A stretch of 63,144 nucleotides of DNA, filler included, from Actinomycetota bacterium (GTDB lineage: Bacteria; Actinomycetota; Actinomycetes; JAKEEW01): the NCBI GenBank assembly GCA_046725875.1. It is 5 parts of 5 records of this genome, joined end to end, with 100 filler letters (N's around TTAATTAATTAA, not from the genome) between each part and the next. Parts side by side here need not be neighbours in the genome. Positions count along the whole stretch, not along the records: positions 14,970 to 30,502 come from JBKOZJ010000022.1; positions 30,603 to 40,559 come from JBKOZJ010000024.1; 3 more parts are not named here. One strand, written 5' to 3'. The notes below the pieces were generated by a model. The model was not told the origin of the DNA. It did not search any database and was given only the letters and a program-made list of their open reading frames with translations. Shown here piece by piece: positions 21,974 to 31,838 of the stretch. The translations under genes were made by a program, and so were the position numbers. Position 1 is the first letter of the stretch, and each line of letters starts with the position of its first letter.

Positions 21974-22488
21974 AGCTGACCTCGACCATCGTAGAGCGGC
22001 GTGGCCCTGACTTCCAGGTACGGGGCCTAGCGCTGCCCAGGGCCACCCGCCACCCTGATCTTGCGCGGTTTGGGCGCGACGCGCGGCGAAACGGCCTGCG
22101 TATCCGAAACTGCCTGATCAGCCGGGGCAGATCCAGCCGCGCACTCTGGCTTATCCGTGTGCAGGCGTGCTCGATTGTGAACGTGAAGTTGGGCGCGTCT
22201 GTTGAGGCGCTCCCTGCCGATGTCAGCTCGTCGGAGGGCATTCGGTCGCCGTGGATCGTGTGTGATGAGCTGCCGCGGTGGAAGTCGACGCAGGGCGCGG
22301 GATCTGTGGGTGTCGATCTTTTTGGCTCATCCGAAGGAAGACTCCCCCCTCGCGTACCCGAAGCTGATTCCGGGCCGCGTCGACGCGTCAGGGCTGACCA
22401 ATTCGTTCGATCATTACCCAACCCTCGGGGACCCCAACTTTGGGTTGGCAGCACTCCCACCGACCGGCTCGGCACGCTCGTGTCGGCA

Positions 22489-23289
22489 CTAGGATCGCTC
22501 CTTCGTCCGGCGGCGGTGGCGGAGATACGCCTCGGGACGGAGCCTCGTGGCCGGCCGATGGTGCTCGTCGGGTCGGCGCAGCAGGCACCATGCAATTTGC
22601 CCGCCGTCCTTGGTTGGCAGGGCTCCCCAGCTGGCGGCGAGCATCCGAGTTGCGGTCATGTCGGTCAGCTGCTTCGGGAGATCCAGGTCGAGGGGTATGT
22701 ATTCCCGCCGTGGGCGCCCGCTGCGCAAGGCGAGCCGTAGACCTCGCAAGGTCAAGCTCGCCCGCAACTCCAGTTCGGCACCGGCTCCCCGCTGGATGGC
22801 GTCGTTGACGAGTTCGGTGACCACCACGGCAGCCTCGGCTGCCAGCTCGTCCACAGACCAGCGCCGGCATAGCTCGTCGATATAGCTCCGGGCGGTTCGG
22901 GCGGCATGCGGCCGCGGGGCGACCGAGACCCGCTCCGTCGGTGCGGCGGGGCGGCGCAGGATCTCGGCAACCGCGCGATGCACCGTCTCGTACATGCCGA
23001 GGTGGTTGTCCAGCCCCAGCCGGCGCAGCCGCGCCGCGAGGGTCTGCTCCGCCGCCGCCAAGACAACGGGCGTCTCCGGCCATGCGCGGCCCAAGTCGGC
23101 GATGGCCGAGAAGACTCTGATCCGCACGTTGTCGGCCGTGACCGCGGCGAGGTCGCAGATTAGCCCGGCCGGCTGGTGGACGAGGACGCCGGCGACCGCG
23201 TTTCTCAACTCATCTGCAAGCGGCTGGTCGAGCCCGCCGGTTGCGGTCAGGACGATGCAGCCTCGGCGGCGGGAAGCGCGGACGGGCAT
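22489..23289 (-). CDS. STAS + RsbW-like HATPase fusion (anti-sigma-type)
   Basis: LTATGGLD...LICDLAAV (STAS); ARTAR, VVTELVNDA, ASWGA, GGQIAWC (HATPase_c_2). Confidence 0.75.
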   Translation of the reverse strand: MPVRASRRRGCIVLTATGGLDQPLADELRNAVAGVLVHQPAGLICDLAAVTADNVRIRVFSAIADLGRAWPETPVVLAAAEQTLAARLRRLGLDNHLGMYETVHRAVAEILRRPAAPTERVSVAPRPHAARTARSYIDELCRRWSVDELAAEAAVVVTELVNDAIQRGAGAELELRASLTLRGLRLALRSGRPRREYIPLDLDLPKQLTDMTATRMLAASWGALPTKDGGQIAWCLLRRPDEHHRPATRLRPEAYLRHRRRTKERS

Positions 23290-23396
23290 TCCCCTGCCTT
23301 CGCAGACTTCGAGGGGCGGACCCGATCGGCCCATGATGTTTGATCGCATCCGGTCGGTGGCACCGGCGACTGCTTGTTCGATTCCCGTTCGTGGGC

Positions 23397-23903
23397 CTAG
23401 CCACACGCAACCGCAGGCGGCGTGCTAAGGGCCCCGGAGGATGTGTCCTCGGAACGCAGGTGCGCTGCTACGGCCGACATTGTCCGGCCAAGCGCAACGA
23501 ACTCCTGCTCGCTCATCGCATCGAGGAAATGACGGCGGACCGAGCGAACGTGGTCGGGGGCCGCGTGCTCAAGCAGCTCGAAGCCCCGGCCGGTCAGCTT
23601 CGCGAACCACCCGCGCTTGTCGGTGTTGCACTCGATTCGTTCGACCATTCCGGCGCTCTCCAGGCGGTTGATCGCGTGGGAGAGCCGGCTCTTCGACGAA
23701 TGCGTCTCCCCCGCGAGCTGGGTCATCCGAATCATCCGCTCCGGGGCCTCGGACAGGCGTACCAAGATCTCATAGTCGGCCATCGACAGGCCGTGCGTGC
23801 GTTGCAGGTCGCGGTTGAAGCGGTCGGCCAAGCGTGACGTCGCCTCTAGATAGGCACGCCAGGCCCGCTGCTCGGGCTCGCTCAGCCAGGGGACTTCCGC
23901 CAT
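23397..23903 (-). CDS. MarR family transcriptional regulator
   Basis: WLSEPEQRAWRAY, DYEILVRLSEAP, SKSRLSH.INRLE, DKRG...LT. Confidence 0.93.
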   Translation of the reverse strand: MAEVPWLSEPEQRAWRAYLEATSRLADRFNRDLQRTHGLSMADYEILVRLSEAPERMIRMTQLAGETHSSKSRLSHAINRLESAGMVERIECNTDKRGWFAKLTGRGFELLEHAAPDHVRSVRRHFLDAMSEQEFVALGRTMSAVAAHLRSEDTSSGALSTPPAVACG

Positions 23904-23918
23904 AGGAAGAATTGTACC

Positions 23919-23983
23919 TAGTTGACGGTTCAACTTTCGTCTGCTTAGCTTTAGGTAGCCCGAGGTGGTTGAACCGTCAACTA
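23919..23983. promoter_or_regulatory. Pair of palindromic operators in the divergent marR-yceI intergenic region
   Basis: TAGTTGACGGTTCAAC (23919-23934) and its exact reverse complement (23968-23983); each has a GTTGA-N4-TCAAC core. Confidence 0.75.
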
Positions 23984-24013
23984 TCTCATCGAGGAGAAGA
24001 GGAAGACAGACAG

Positions 24014-24589
24014 ATGACCGAGGTACAGGAGTCTGGCCAGACCTTCGCACCCGGCGAGCTTGCGGGCACATGGGAGCTGGACGTCGCGCACACCAGTCTG
24101 GGCTTCGCCGTGAGGCACGCGATGATCTCCACCGTGCGGGGTTCGTTCAACGAATTCTCCGGCACGGCAACGCTCGACCCCGCCAAGCCGGAGGCTTCCT
24201 CCGCCAGCGTGACGATCAACGCAGGCAGCATCTCGACCGGCAACGCCGACCGCGACGCGCACCTGCGGAGCGCCGACTTCTTCGACGTTGAGACGTACCC
24301 GACACTGGAGTTCCGCAGCACCGATTTTCGGCGCACCGATGACCAGGCGACCTGGATCATGGAGGGCGAACTCACGATCAAGGGCGTGACCCGGCCGGTC
24401 GAGATCACCTTTACGCACCTGGGCAACGTGCTCGACCCGTGGGGCAACACCAAGGCCGGCTTCGAGGGGCGCGGGCAGATCTCCCGGAAGGACTGGGGTC
24501 TCACCTGGAACGCCCTGCTCGCGGGCGGCGGCGTGCTCGTCGCTGACAAGCTCACGCTCGAACTCGAGGTTGAGGCCACGAAGCTCTAG
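24014..24589 (+). CDS. YceI family protein
   Basis: GTWELD.AHTSLGFAVRH, RDAHLRSADFFDVE.YP, GELTIKGVTRPV, DPWG. Confidence 0.95.
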   Translation: MTEVQESGQTFAPGELAGTWELDVAHTSLGFAVRHAMISTVRGSFNEFSGTATLDPAKPEASSASVTINAGSISTGNADRDAHLRSADFFDVETYPTLEFRSTDFRRTDDQATWIMEGELTIKGVTRPVEITFTHLGNVLDPWGNTKAGFEGRGQISRKDWGLTWNALLAGGGVLVADKLTLELEVEATKL

Positions 24590-24639
24590 CAACCATCCCC
24601 GCCCAGGATCCCGACAAAGGCGGAACGGCGATCAGCCAT

Positions 24640-24708
24640 TGGGGCGGGGGGCCCCGCCCGCGAAGTCTTCGAGCGAGCGAAGTGAGCGAAAACTTCGTGG
24701 GGTGCCTT
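24640..24708. repeat. GC-rich hairpin / REP-like structured element 3' of yceI
   Basis: GGGCGGGG-gg-CCCCGCCC hairpin; CCCGCGAAGTCTTCG...CGAAAACTTCGTGGG stem enclosing GCGAGC/GCGAAGT mini-loops. Confidence 0.45.
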
Positions 24709-24789
24709 GAGCGCCTGCTGGCGTCTGCGACTGGTCGCGGGGGCAGGTCGCAGTGGCTGATGTCTGATTCTGTTTGGTAGACCTGAGCC

Positions 24790-25653
24790 GTGCCCGAGCT
24801 TCCCGAGGTCGAAGCGCTCGCGGATTTCCTCCGCGAGCGGGCGGTCGGACACGCAGTCGCACGTGTGGACGTGGCCGCGATCAGTGTCCTCAAGACCTAC
24901 GACCCGCCGCTGTCCTCGCTGGCCGGGCTGACGCTCACCGCCGTGGAGCGGTATGGCAAGTTCCTCGATCTGGATTGCGACGGGCTGCATCTCGTCATAC
25001 ACCTCGCCCGGGCCGGGTGGCTGCAGTGGCGGGAATCGCTCCCGCCGGCGCCACCCCGCCCGGGCAAGGGGCCGCTCGCGTTGCGGCTGCACCTCGACGA
25101 CGGCAGCGGCTTCGAGCTCACCGAGCAGGGGACGCAGAAGCGACTGGCCGTCTACTGCGTTCGTGACCGCGACGAGGTGCCTGGCATCGCGCGGCTTGGT
25201 CCTGATCCGCTCGACCCGTCCTTCACCGAGGAAACGTTCGCCAAGATCGTCGCCGCGGCCGGCCGGGCCCAGATCAAGGGGGTCCTGAGGGACCAGTCGG
25301 TGATCGCAGGCATCGGCAACGCCTACTCCGACGAGGTGCTCCACGTCGCCAAGCTCTCGCCGTTCAAACCTGCCGCCAATCTGTCGGCGAGTGAGGTGAG
25401 GCGTTTGTACGAGGCCATCGCGGACACCCTCGCTTCGGCGGTCGAACGGTCGCGTGGTCTCGCCGCGGGTCAGCTCAAGGCGGAGAAGAAGGTCGGCATG
25501 CGGGTGCACGCACGCGCCGGGCTGCCGTGCCCCGAGTGCGGGGACACCATCCGCGAGGTGTCGTTCAGCGACTCGTCGCTGCAGTATTGCCCGACCTGCC
25601 AGACCGGGGGGCAGATCCTCGCCGACCGGCGGCTGTCCAGGCTACTTAAGTAG
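24790..25653 (+). CDS. Fpg/Nei family DNA glycosylase
   Basis: PELPEVE, RYGKFL, LGPDPL, AGIGNAYSDE, CPEC...CPTCQ zinc finger. Confidence 0.95.
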   Translation: MPELPEVEALADFLRERAVGHAVARVDVAAISVLKTYDPPLSSLAGLTLTAVERYGKFLDLDCDGLHLVIHLARAGWLQWRESLPPAPPRPGKGPLALRLHLDDGSGFELTEQGTQKRLAVYCVRDRDEVPGIARLGPDPLDPSFTEETFAKIVAAAGRAQIKGVLRDQSVIAGIGNAYSDEVLHVAKLSPFKPAANLSASEVRRLYEAIADTLASAVERSRGLAAGQLKAEKKVGMRVHARAGLPCPECGDTIREVSFSDSSLQYCPTCQTGGQILADRRLSRLLK

Positions 25654-25880
25654 CGGATCGAGTAAACAGCGGATCGACGAAGCACGGCGATCAACCGCCG
25701 ACGCGCGGTCTGCGCCTGCGCGCCCGAGCCGACTGGCCGAAGCGAGGTAGCGCGATGATGTATCGGAGTGACGCGTGGCCTAGGGCGTTCGATCGATCAG
25801 TTTCGAAGAAGCCGCCGCCGTGGCGGGCTCCCTAGCATGAGGATCGTGCCGATCAAGACTCGCATGGGAGGAAACCGGCA

Positions 25881-26360
25881 ATGAACGACAAGCGGAAGTC
25901 CGCCAAGACCAGCACCGCGGCCGGCAAGACGTTCGAGGGATTCCCGGACGAGGAACGAGCCGCGATGAAGGAGTACGCCGAAGAGCTGAAGGCGGCCGCC
26001 CGCCGCGGCCCGCGCGCGGCCAAGGCGGCCGGGGAAAGCGATGTGCTCGCGAAGATCGCCGAGATGCCGGAACCGGATCGCGCGATGGCCGAACGGATCC
26101 ATGCCATCGTCAAGGCCAGCGCGCCGGCCCTCGCGCCGAAGACCTGGTATGGGATGCCCGCGTATGCCAACCAGGACGGCAAGGTCGTCTGCTTCTTCCA
26201 AAGCGCGGCCAAGTTCAAGTCGAGATACGCGACGTTCGGCTTCAACGACGCGGCGAACCTCGACGAAGGCACCATGTGGCCGACCTCCTACGCGCTGACC
26301 GAGTTGACCGCCGCCGACGAGGCAAGGATCGGCGCGCTCGTGAAGAAGGCGGTGAGCTGA
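25881..26360 (+). CDS. DUF1801 (YdhG-like) protein
   Basis: [42 protein letters not shown]. Confidence 0.9.
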   Translation: MNDKRKSAKTSTAAGKTFEGFPDEERAAMKEYAEELKAAARRGPRAAKAAGESDVLAKIAEMPEPDRAMAERIHAIVKASAPALAPKTWYGMPAYANQDGKVVCFFQSAAKFKSRYATFGFNDAANLDEGTMWPTSYALTELTAADEARIGALVKKAVS

Positions 26361-26419
26361 GCTGAGCGCAGTAGCAGCGCTACATGGGTGATCGAGAACG
26401 CAGTCGGCCGACGTCTGGT

Positions 26420-26459
26420 CGTCGCGCAGCAGGGTGGGGGCTGTTCAGCAGCGTCCTAA
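26420..26459. repeat. Dispersed repeat copy (IS-end-like remnant)
   Basis: CGTCGCGCAGCAGGGTGGGGGCTGTTCAGCAGCG, near-identical to 54882-54914. Confidence 0.7.
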
Positions 26460-26791
26460 GCGACGCGGGGTGGGAGGCCGTCCTCGCTGACCATAGGTTG
26501 GCCGGCGGACTGCCAGGCCTCCATACCTCCGTCGAGGTTCACGACCTTGAAGCCGTGCCGGTTGAGAAACACCGTCGCCTGGGCCGATCGGGCGCCCATC
26601 CGGCAGACGCAGACGATCTGCCGGTCGCGCGGCAACTCGTCCGTCCTGACGACCAACTCCCCGAGTGGGATGTGTCGGGCACCTTCAATGTGGCCGCAAC
26701 GCCACTCGTCGGGTTCGCGGACGTCGAGGTAGACACCGTCCTCGGGCGCCGCGTTCGGCAGCACCGACGGCACTCGCGAGTCGAAGATCAT
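26456..26791 (-). CDS. Rhodanese-like domain protein
   Basis: LDVREPDEW..GHIEGA.HIP, CRMGARS, NLDGGM.AW. Confidence 0.93.
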   Translation of the reverse strand: MIFDSRVPSVLPNAAPEDGVYLDVREPDEWRCGHIEGARHIPLGELVVRTDELPRDRQIVCVCRMGARSAQATVFLNRHGFKVVNLDGGMEAWQSAGQPMVSEDGLPPRVA

Positions 26792-26918
26792 GCTCTCCTC
26801 CGGCTGTCCAACCCGGCATGAGATCGTACGTCCGGCCCGACCGCGTGCGCGACACGCCGCTAACGGTTTCTAGCCGAATCTACGGTCCACGCTATACAAG
26901 CCAATACAGTCGAAGCTC

Positions 26919-28103
26919 GTGGATCCGATCCGGAACCCCTACGCACCGGGCGCCGGGCAGCGTCCGCCGGAGCTGGCCGGCCGGGACCGACAGCTGGCCC
27001 AGTTCGACGTGGTTCTCGAGCGGGTCGCTCGGGGTCGGCCGGAGCGCTCGTTGGTCCTCACCGGTCTGCGCGGGGTCGGCAAGACTGTGCTGCTCAATGC
27101 CATGCGTTCGCAAGCACTGCGGGTCTTGTGGGGGACCGGCAAAATCGAGGCGAAGCCAGATCTCTCGATCCGGCGGCCGGTCGGAGCCGCGCTGCACATG
27201 GCCATCCGGGAGATGGCCCCACGACACCTTGATCAGGAGCGGGTCGAGTCCTTTTTTTCCGTACTCAAGGCCTTCCTGCTGCGTGATCCGGCCGCGAGCG
27301 GGCGGCTCAGCCAGCGCTGGCAGCCTGGCATAGATGCGCCGACGGCACGCGGCCGGGCCGACTCCGGGGACATCGAGATCGACCTGACCGAGCTGTTCCT
27401 CGACGCCGCGTCGGTCGCGTCCGATCTCGGCGTCGGCGTGGCGCTGTTCGTGGACGAGATGCAGGACGTGCGCGGCGAGGATCTGTCCGCGCTGTGCGCC
27501 GCATGTCACGAGCTCTCCCAGCAGGCCGCGCCCCTGATCGTCGTTGGCGCCGGGCTTCCGCACCTTCCCCCATTGCTGTCGTCGCGCAAGAGCTACTCCG
27601 AGCGGCTCTTCCATTACCTTCGGATCGACCGGCTCGACCGATCGGCGGCCGACCGGGCACTCGCCGCACCCGCCGCGCGGGAAGGCGTCACCTTCGACCC
27701 AGAGGCGCTGGACGCGCTCTACGACGCGGCCGACGGCTATCCCTACTTCGTGCAGGCGTACGGAAAGGTCACCTGGGATTTCGCACCGGAGAGCCCGATC
27801 ACGGCGGACGACGTCAAGGTCGCGGCGCCGGCGGCGGAAGCGGAGCTTGCGGTCGGATTCTTCGGATCTCGCTATGAGCGGGCCACGCCGGCCGAACGCG
27901 AGTACATGCGAGCGATGGCGTCGATCGGCGACGGACCGGTCCCGACCGCGGAGATCGCCGAGGTGCTGGTGCGTCGCCCGTCGTCGCTCTCCCCGGCTCG
28001 GGACAATTTGATAAAGAAGGGTCTGGTCTACTCGGCAGAGCGGGGCACAGTCGCGTTCACCGTCCCCCACTTCGGCCAGTTCCTTCGCACCCAGCCGTCG
28101 TAA
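26919..28103 (+). CDS. AAA-family ATP-binding protein with C-terminal winged helix
   Basis: NPYAPGAG..PPELAGR, Walker A GLRGVGKT, Walker B LFVDEMQ, GYPYFVQ. Confidence 0.9.
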   Translation: MDPIRNPYAPGAGQRPPELAGRDRQLAQFDVVLERVARGRPERSLVLTGLRGVGKTVLLNAMRSQALRVLWGTGKIEAKPDLSIRRPVGAALHMAIREMAPRHLDQERVESFFSVLKAFLLRDPAASGRLSQRWQPGIDAPTARGRADSGDIEIDLTELFLDAASVASDLGVGVALFVDEMQDVRGEDLSALCAACHELSQQAAPLIVVGAGLPHLPPLLSSRKSYSERLFHYLRIDRLDRSAADRALAAPAAREGVTFDPEALDALYDAADGYPYFVQAYGKVTWDFAPESPITADDVKVAAPAAEAELAVGFFGSRYERATPAEREYMRAMASIGDGPVPTAEIAEVLVRRPSSLSPARDNLIKKGLVYSAERGTVAFTVPHFGQFLRTQPS

Positions 28104-28227
28104 AAGCGCCCCTGGCTGTCGGCGGCCGCAACGCCCTACGATCGAGAATTGCTCCGCCCCGGCATTCGGTGACGGCGGACAAGTCGATCACGACTTGCCG
28201 TCGGAGCTGAGCAACTAGGGCGGGGTG

Positions 28228-28335
28228 CCACCCGCGGGAGCTCGGGCAACCGGGCTGAGAGGGCGGCTAGTCGCGATCGCGCGACGGCGCCGCCGACCGC
28301 CTGAACCTGACCGGGTAATGCCGGCGTAGGGAGAC
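28228..28335 (+). promoter_or_regulatory. TPP riboswitch
   Basis: GCGGGAG...GGGCTGAGAG...GACCGCCTGAACCTGACCGGGTAATGCCGGCGTAGGGAG; the 3' GGGAG doubles as RBS for ATG 28340. Confidence 0.93.
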
Positions 28336-28339
28336 CGCC

Positions 28340-29713
28340 ATGACGGCGACTGTCGACCGCACCACCCGCCCATCCTCTGCCGAGGCGCCGCTCGTTCTCG
28401 ACACCGAGGTCCTGCCGCCGCAGCCGCTCGGCTTCCGGGACCAATTCGCGTTTTGGGCGAATCTCGGCGTGAGCCTGCTGGGCTTCGGCGGTGCCTTGCT
28501 GATCCTCCAGCCCGAAGGCTTCCCGCAGCTGCCGCTGTCGGGTGCGTTCCTCGCGGTGCTCGTCGGCACCGTCGTCGGCGCGCTGATGGTCGCGCTTGCG
28601 ACCCTGCCGGGAGCCCAAACCGGCGTGCCATCGATGGCCCTGCTGCGTGGGCTTTTCGGCGCAAAGATCTCCTACCTGCCGACGATCCTGAATGTGCTCC
28701 AGCTCATCGGCTGGGGGACCTTCGAGCTCTTCATCATTGCTGAAGCCGCCGAGGCCCTGACCGGCGGCGCCGGCCCGCGCTGGTCGTACATCATCCTCGC
28801 CGGCATCCTCACAACCCTGATGACGATCTGGCCGCTCGGCGGCATCAGGCTGCTTCGCCGCTACGTCACTGTGGCGGTGTTCATCGCGATGACCTACTTC
28901 ACCGTCGTGTTCCTGCGCGACGGGCTGCCGGAGCTCGGCGGGGGCTCGTGGGACGGCTTCCTGCCCGGCGTCGATATTGCGCTGGCCGTCGCCATCTCCT
29001 GGGTGCCGCTCGCCTCGGACTATTCGCGCTTCTCGAGAACACCGCCGCGGGCCTTCTGGAGCACCCTGACCGGCTTCACCCTCACCTCGGTATGGGCCTT
29101 TTGGCTCGGGCTGCTCGCGTTGTCCACGGTCGGGTACGACGGCAATCGGGTCTTCGATGCCTTCACAGAGGCCGGTTCCGGCGCGGTCACCGGTCTCGCC
29201 ATGCTGGCTTTCGCCGTCCTGATCATCCGCGAGGTGGACCAGTCGTTCGCCAATGTCTACTCGACCGCCACTTCGACGCAGAACATCCTTCCCCGGCTTG
29301 ACCGGCGGATCCTCAGCATCCTCATCGGCGGCCTCATTACCGGGCTCGCCCTGATGGTGGACTTCACGACCTACGAGAACTTCCTCTACCTGATCGGCTC
29401 GGTCTTCTTGCCGATGTTCGCCGTGCTGATCGTCGACTACTTCTTGGGCGCCGGCCGGCGCGGTTGGGACGTGCGGGAAGACGCTCCGTCGCGCTGGCTG
29501 ATGCTGCTGCCGTGGGTCGGTGGCTTCGTGACCTATCAGCTCGTCAATCCCGGAAGCGTCTCCGCCTGGGTCGATCTGTGGACCTCGGTCCGCGACGGCA
29601 TCGGCTTCACGCCCAGGTCCTGGATGAGCGCCTCGCTCCTCTCCTTCCTCGTTGCGGCGGCCCTCACCTGGGTTGTGGTCGCGGCCACCACGCCTCGGGA
29701 GCGGAGCGAGTAG
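28340..29713 (+). CDS. NCS1/purine-cytosine permease family transporter (CytX-like, thiamine precursor uptake)
   Basis: About 12 TM segments, WANLGVS, SWVPLASDYSRF, FANVYS, FLYLIGSVF.P; downstream of TPP riboswitch. Confidence 0.88.
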   Translation: MTATVDRTTRPSSAEAPLVLDTEVLPPQPLGFRDQFAFWANLGVSLLGFGGALLILQPEGFPQLPLSGAFLAVLVGTVVGALMVALATLPGAQTGVPSMALLRGLFGAKISYLPTILNVLQLIGWGTFELFIIAEAAEALTGGAGPRWSYIILAGILTTLMTIWPLGGIRLLRRYVTVAVFIAMTYFTVVFLRDGLPELGGGSWDGFLPGVDIALAVAISWVPLASDYSRFSRTPPRAFWSTLTGFTLTSVWAFWLGLLALSTVGYDGNRVFDAFTEAGSGAVTGLAMLAFAVLIIREVDQSFANVYSTATSTQNILPRLDRRILSILIGGLITGLALMVDFTTYENFLYLIGSVFLPMFAVLIVDYFLGAGRRGWDVREDAPSRWLMLLPWVGGFVTYQLVNPGSVSAWVDLWTSVRDGIGFTPRSWMSASLLSFLVAAALTWVVVAATTPRERSE

Positions 29714-29873
29714 GGCCGTGCGCCGAGGTCAACGTTCACCAAGTGCTCGCCGCGTGTTCGATTGCGGCTAAGCACCACCGGCGGTTTTGCCTGTAACCCT
29801 GAGGGCAGAAGGTTCCGTTCAGTGGTGAAGGTCCGACTTGCCCCGTCCGGGGCGGTGCCCCACGGGGGAAGTA

Positions 29874-30502
29874 ATGGTCGTCGAGGCCGCGGAGACGTAC
29901 GCACCGAGTCCGAACGAGCACATCAAGATCTTCGCGCATCGTGGTGCCTCGGAAGAGGTGCCAGAGCACACGCTCGCCGCGTACAAGCAGGCAATTCTCG
30001 ACGGCGCTGACGGCCTGGAGTGCGACGTACGGCTGACCGCGGACGGCGAGCTGGTGTGCGTCCACGATCGGCGGATCGATCGCACGTCGAACGGCCGAGG
30101 TCTGGTCTCCACGCTTGAGCTTGCCGAACTCCGCTCGCTCGACTTCGGGCGGTGGAAGGACACCTGGGGCGACTTCGAGGACCCCGAGGAGCCGGACCGT
30201 GACCGGACGGAGATCCTCACCCTCGAGAAGCTGCTGGAACTCGTGGCCGATGGAGGACGCCCGATTGAGCTGCTGGTGGAGACGAAGCATCCGACGCGGT
30301 ACGCCGGACTGGTCGAGCGTCGGTTGGTGCAGACCCTGGACCGCTTCGGCTTCGCACACCCCCGGCTGGGGTCCAGGTCACCGGTGCGGGTCATGAGCTT
30401 CTCGTCGTGGAGCCTGCGCCGGATCAGGAACCTCGCGCCCAGTCTCACGACGGTGCTTCTCATGCACCGGGTTCCGATGCGACTCCGGGACGGGAGCCTG
30501 CC
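29874..30502 (+). CDS. Glycerophosphodiester phosphodiesterase (3'-truncated)
   Basis: AHRGAS...PEHTLAAY, ECDVRLTADG.LVCVHD. Confidence 0.92.
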
Positions 30503-30602
30503 NNNNNNNNNNNNNNNNNNNNNNNNNNNNNNNNNNNNNNNNNNNNTTAATTAATTAANNNNNNNNNNNNNNNNNNNNNNNNNNNNNNNNNNNNNNNNNN
30601 NN
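30503..30602. other. Artificial contig linker
   Basis: 44 N + TTAATTAATTAA + 44 N. Confidence 0.98.
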
Positions 30603-31802
30603 GCGTTCGGCCCGCACGCGCTCGGCCGACGCGGCGCCGTAAACGGCGTCGGCATCGCCCCGCTGGGAGGCCATCTCTTCTATTCGGGGATCGGCCACCG
30701 ACGCAACTATGACCTGGTGTCGGCGAACCAGCGGGTTCACAACCGTGAGCACGCCCTGCTCCGCAGCCGCGGCATCCAGGGTCGTGAGCAGAACGACAAG
30801 CGAGCGGTGTCGGGCCCGGAGGAAGATCGCGCCGAGCATTCCAAGCGAATCCAGCTCAACGAGTTCCGGCTCGAGCGTGGCCATGGATTCGACGAACGCC
30901 GGCAGCACCGCGCTCGCGCTGAGCCCCTGAACGCTCGCGCGGACTCGCCGGTCATACGCCAGGAGGTCCACCCGGTCGCCGGCCCGGATTGCCAGCGCGG
31001 TGAGCAGGAGCGCGGCATCCATCGCCGCGTCCAGCCGCGGCGCGTCTGAAATCCGTCCCGCGGAGGTGCGGGATGTGTCGAGGATCACCAGCAGGTGGCG
31101 GTCGCGTTCTGGCCGCCATGTCCGCACAACGATGTCTTGCCGTCGTGCCGTCGCCCGCCAGTCGATCGACCGCACGTCGTCGCCCGGCACGTAGTCCCGC
31201 AGCGAGTCGAACTCGGTGCCCTGCCCGCGGATGAGCGCGACCCGCCGCCCATCGAGCTCGCGCAAGCGGGCGAGGCGGGCCGGCAGATGTTTGCGGCTCT
31301 CGAACGCCGGCAGCACGCGCACCGTCCATGGCACACTGCGCGACCGCTGCCGGGCTGCCAACCCGAGCGGCCCGACGGACCGGACCGTGACTTGTGCCGC
31401 CTTCCGGTCGCCGCGCCGGGTCGGCCTGAGTCTCGTCATGAATCGGCGCCGGTCGGTGCTCCGAATATCGAGCGGATGCCGGTCGGTCACCACGCCGGCA
31501 CTGGGCGGCCAGGCGTCTCTTAATACTCCGCGAACCCGCCGGCGACCGGTGTTCGTCACGATCAGCCACATGGTCGCCGGCTCGCCCAGCCTCGCGGTCG
31601 AGCGGCCAGCGGCGCGGGCTGGCGCCTCGCCGCTGCGTTCGATATGCAGGTCGGTGATCCGGCCGGCCAGGGCGAGGTCAACCACGACGCCGATAGCCAA
31701 CACCGCGAGGACCACCGCGATGCCCGACGAGGAGGGAGCGAACAGTCCGACCAGCACGGAGCCGAGCGCCGCGACGAGCCCGACTCGTCCGGTTATCGCC
31801 AC
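30603..31802 (-). CDS. DUF58 domain protein (3'-truncated)
   Basis: GQGTEFDSLRDYVPGDDVRSIDWRATAR, LDTSRTS. Confidence 0.93.
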
Positions 31803-31838
31803 GCGGACCGTCCTAGCATCGCGAGTTGGTCCACCGGA

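Noticed and set aside
21974..22488. c-di-GMP or c-di-AMP riboswitch upstream of the vWA gene
   Set aside because: Only scattered partial words; no ordered consensus
14970..30502. Apparent 15.5-kb genomic island interrupting the SpoIIM-DUF58 cluster
   Set aside because: Bounded by linkers on both sides; no integrase, tRNA or att sites; simply a separate contig
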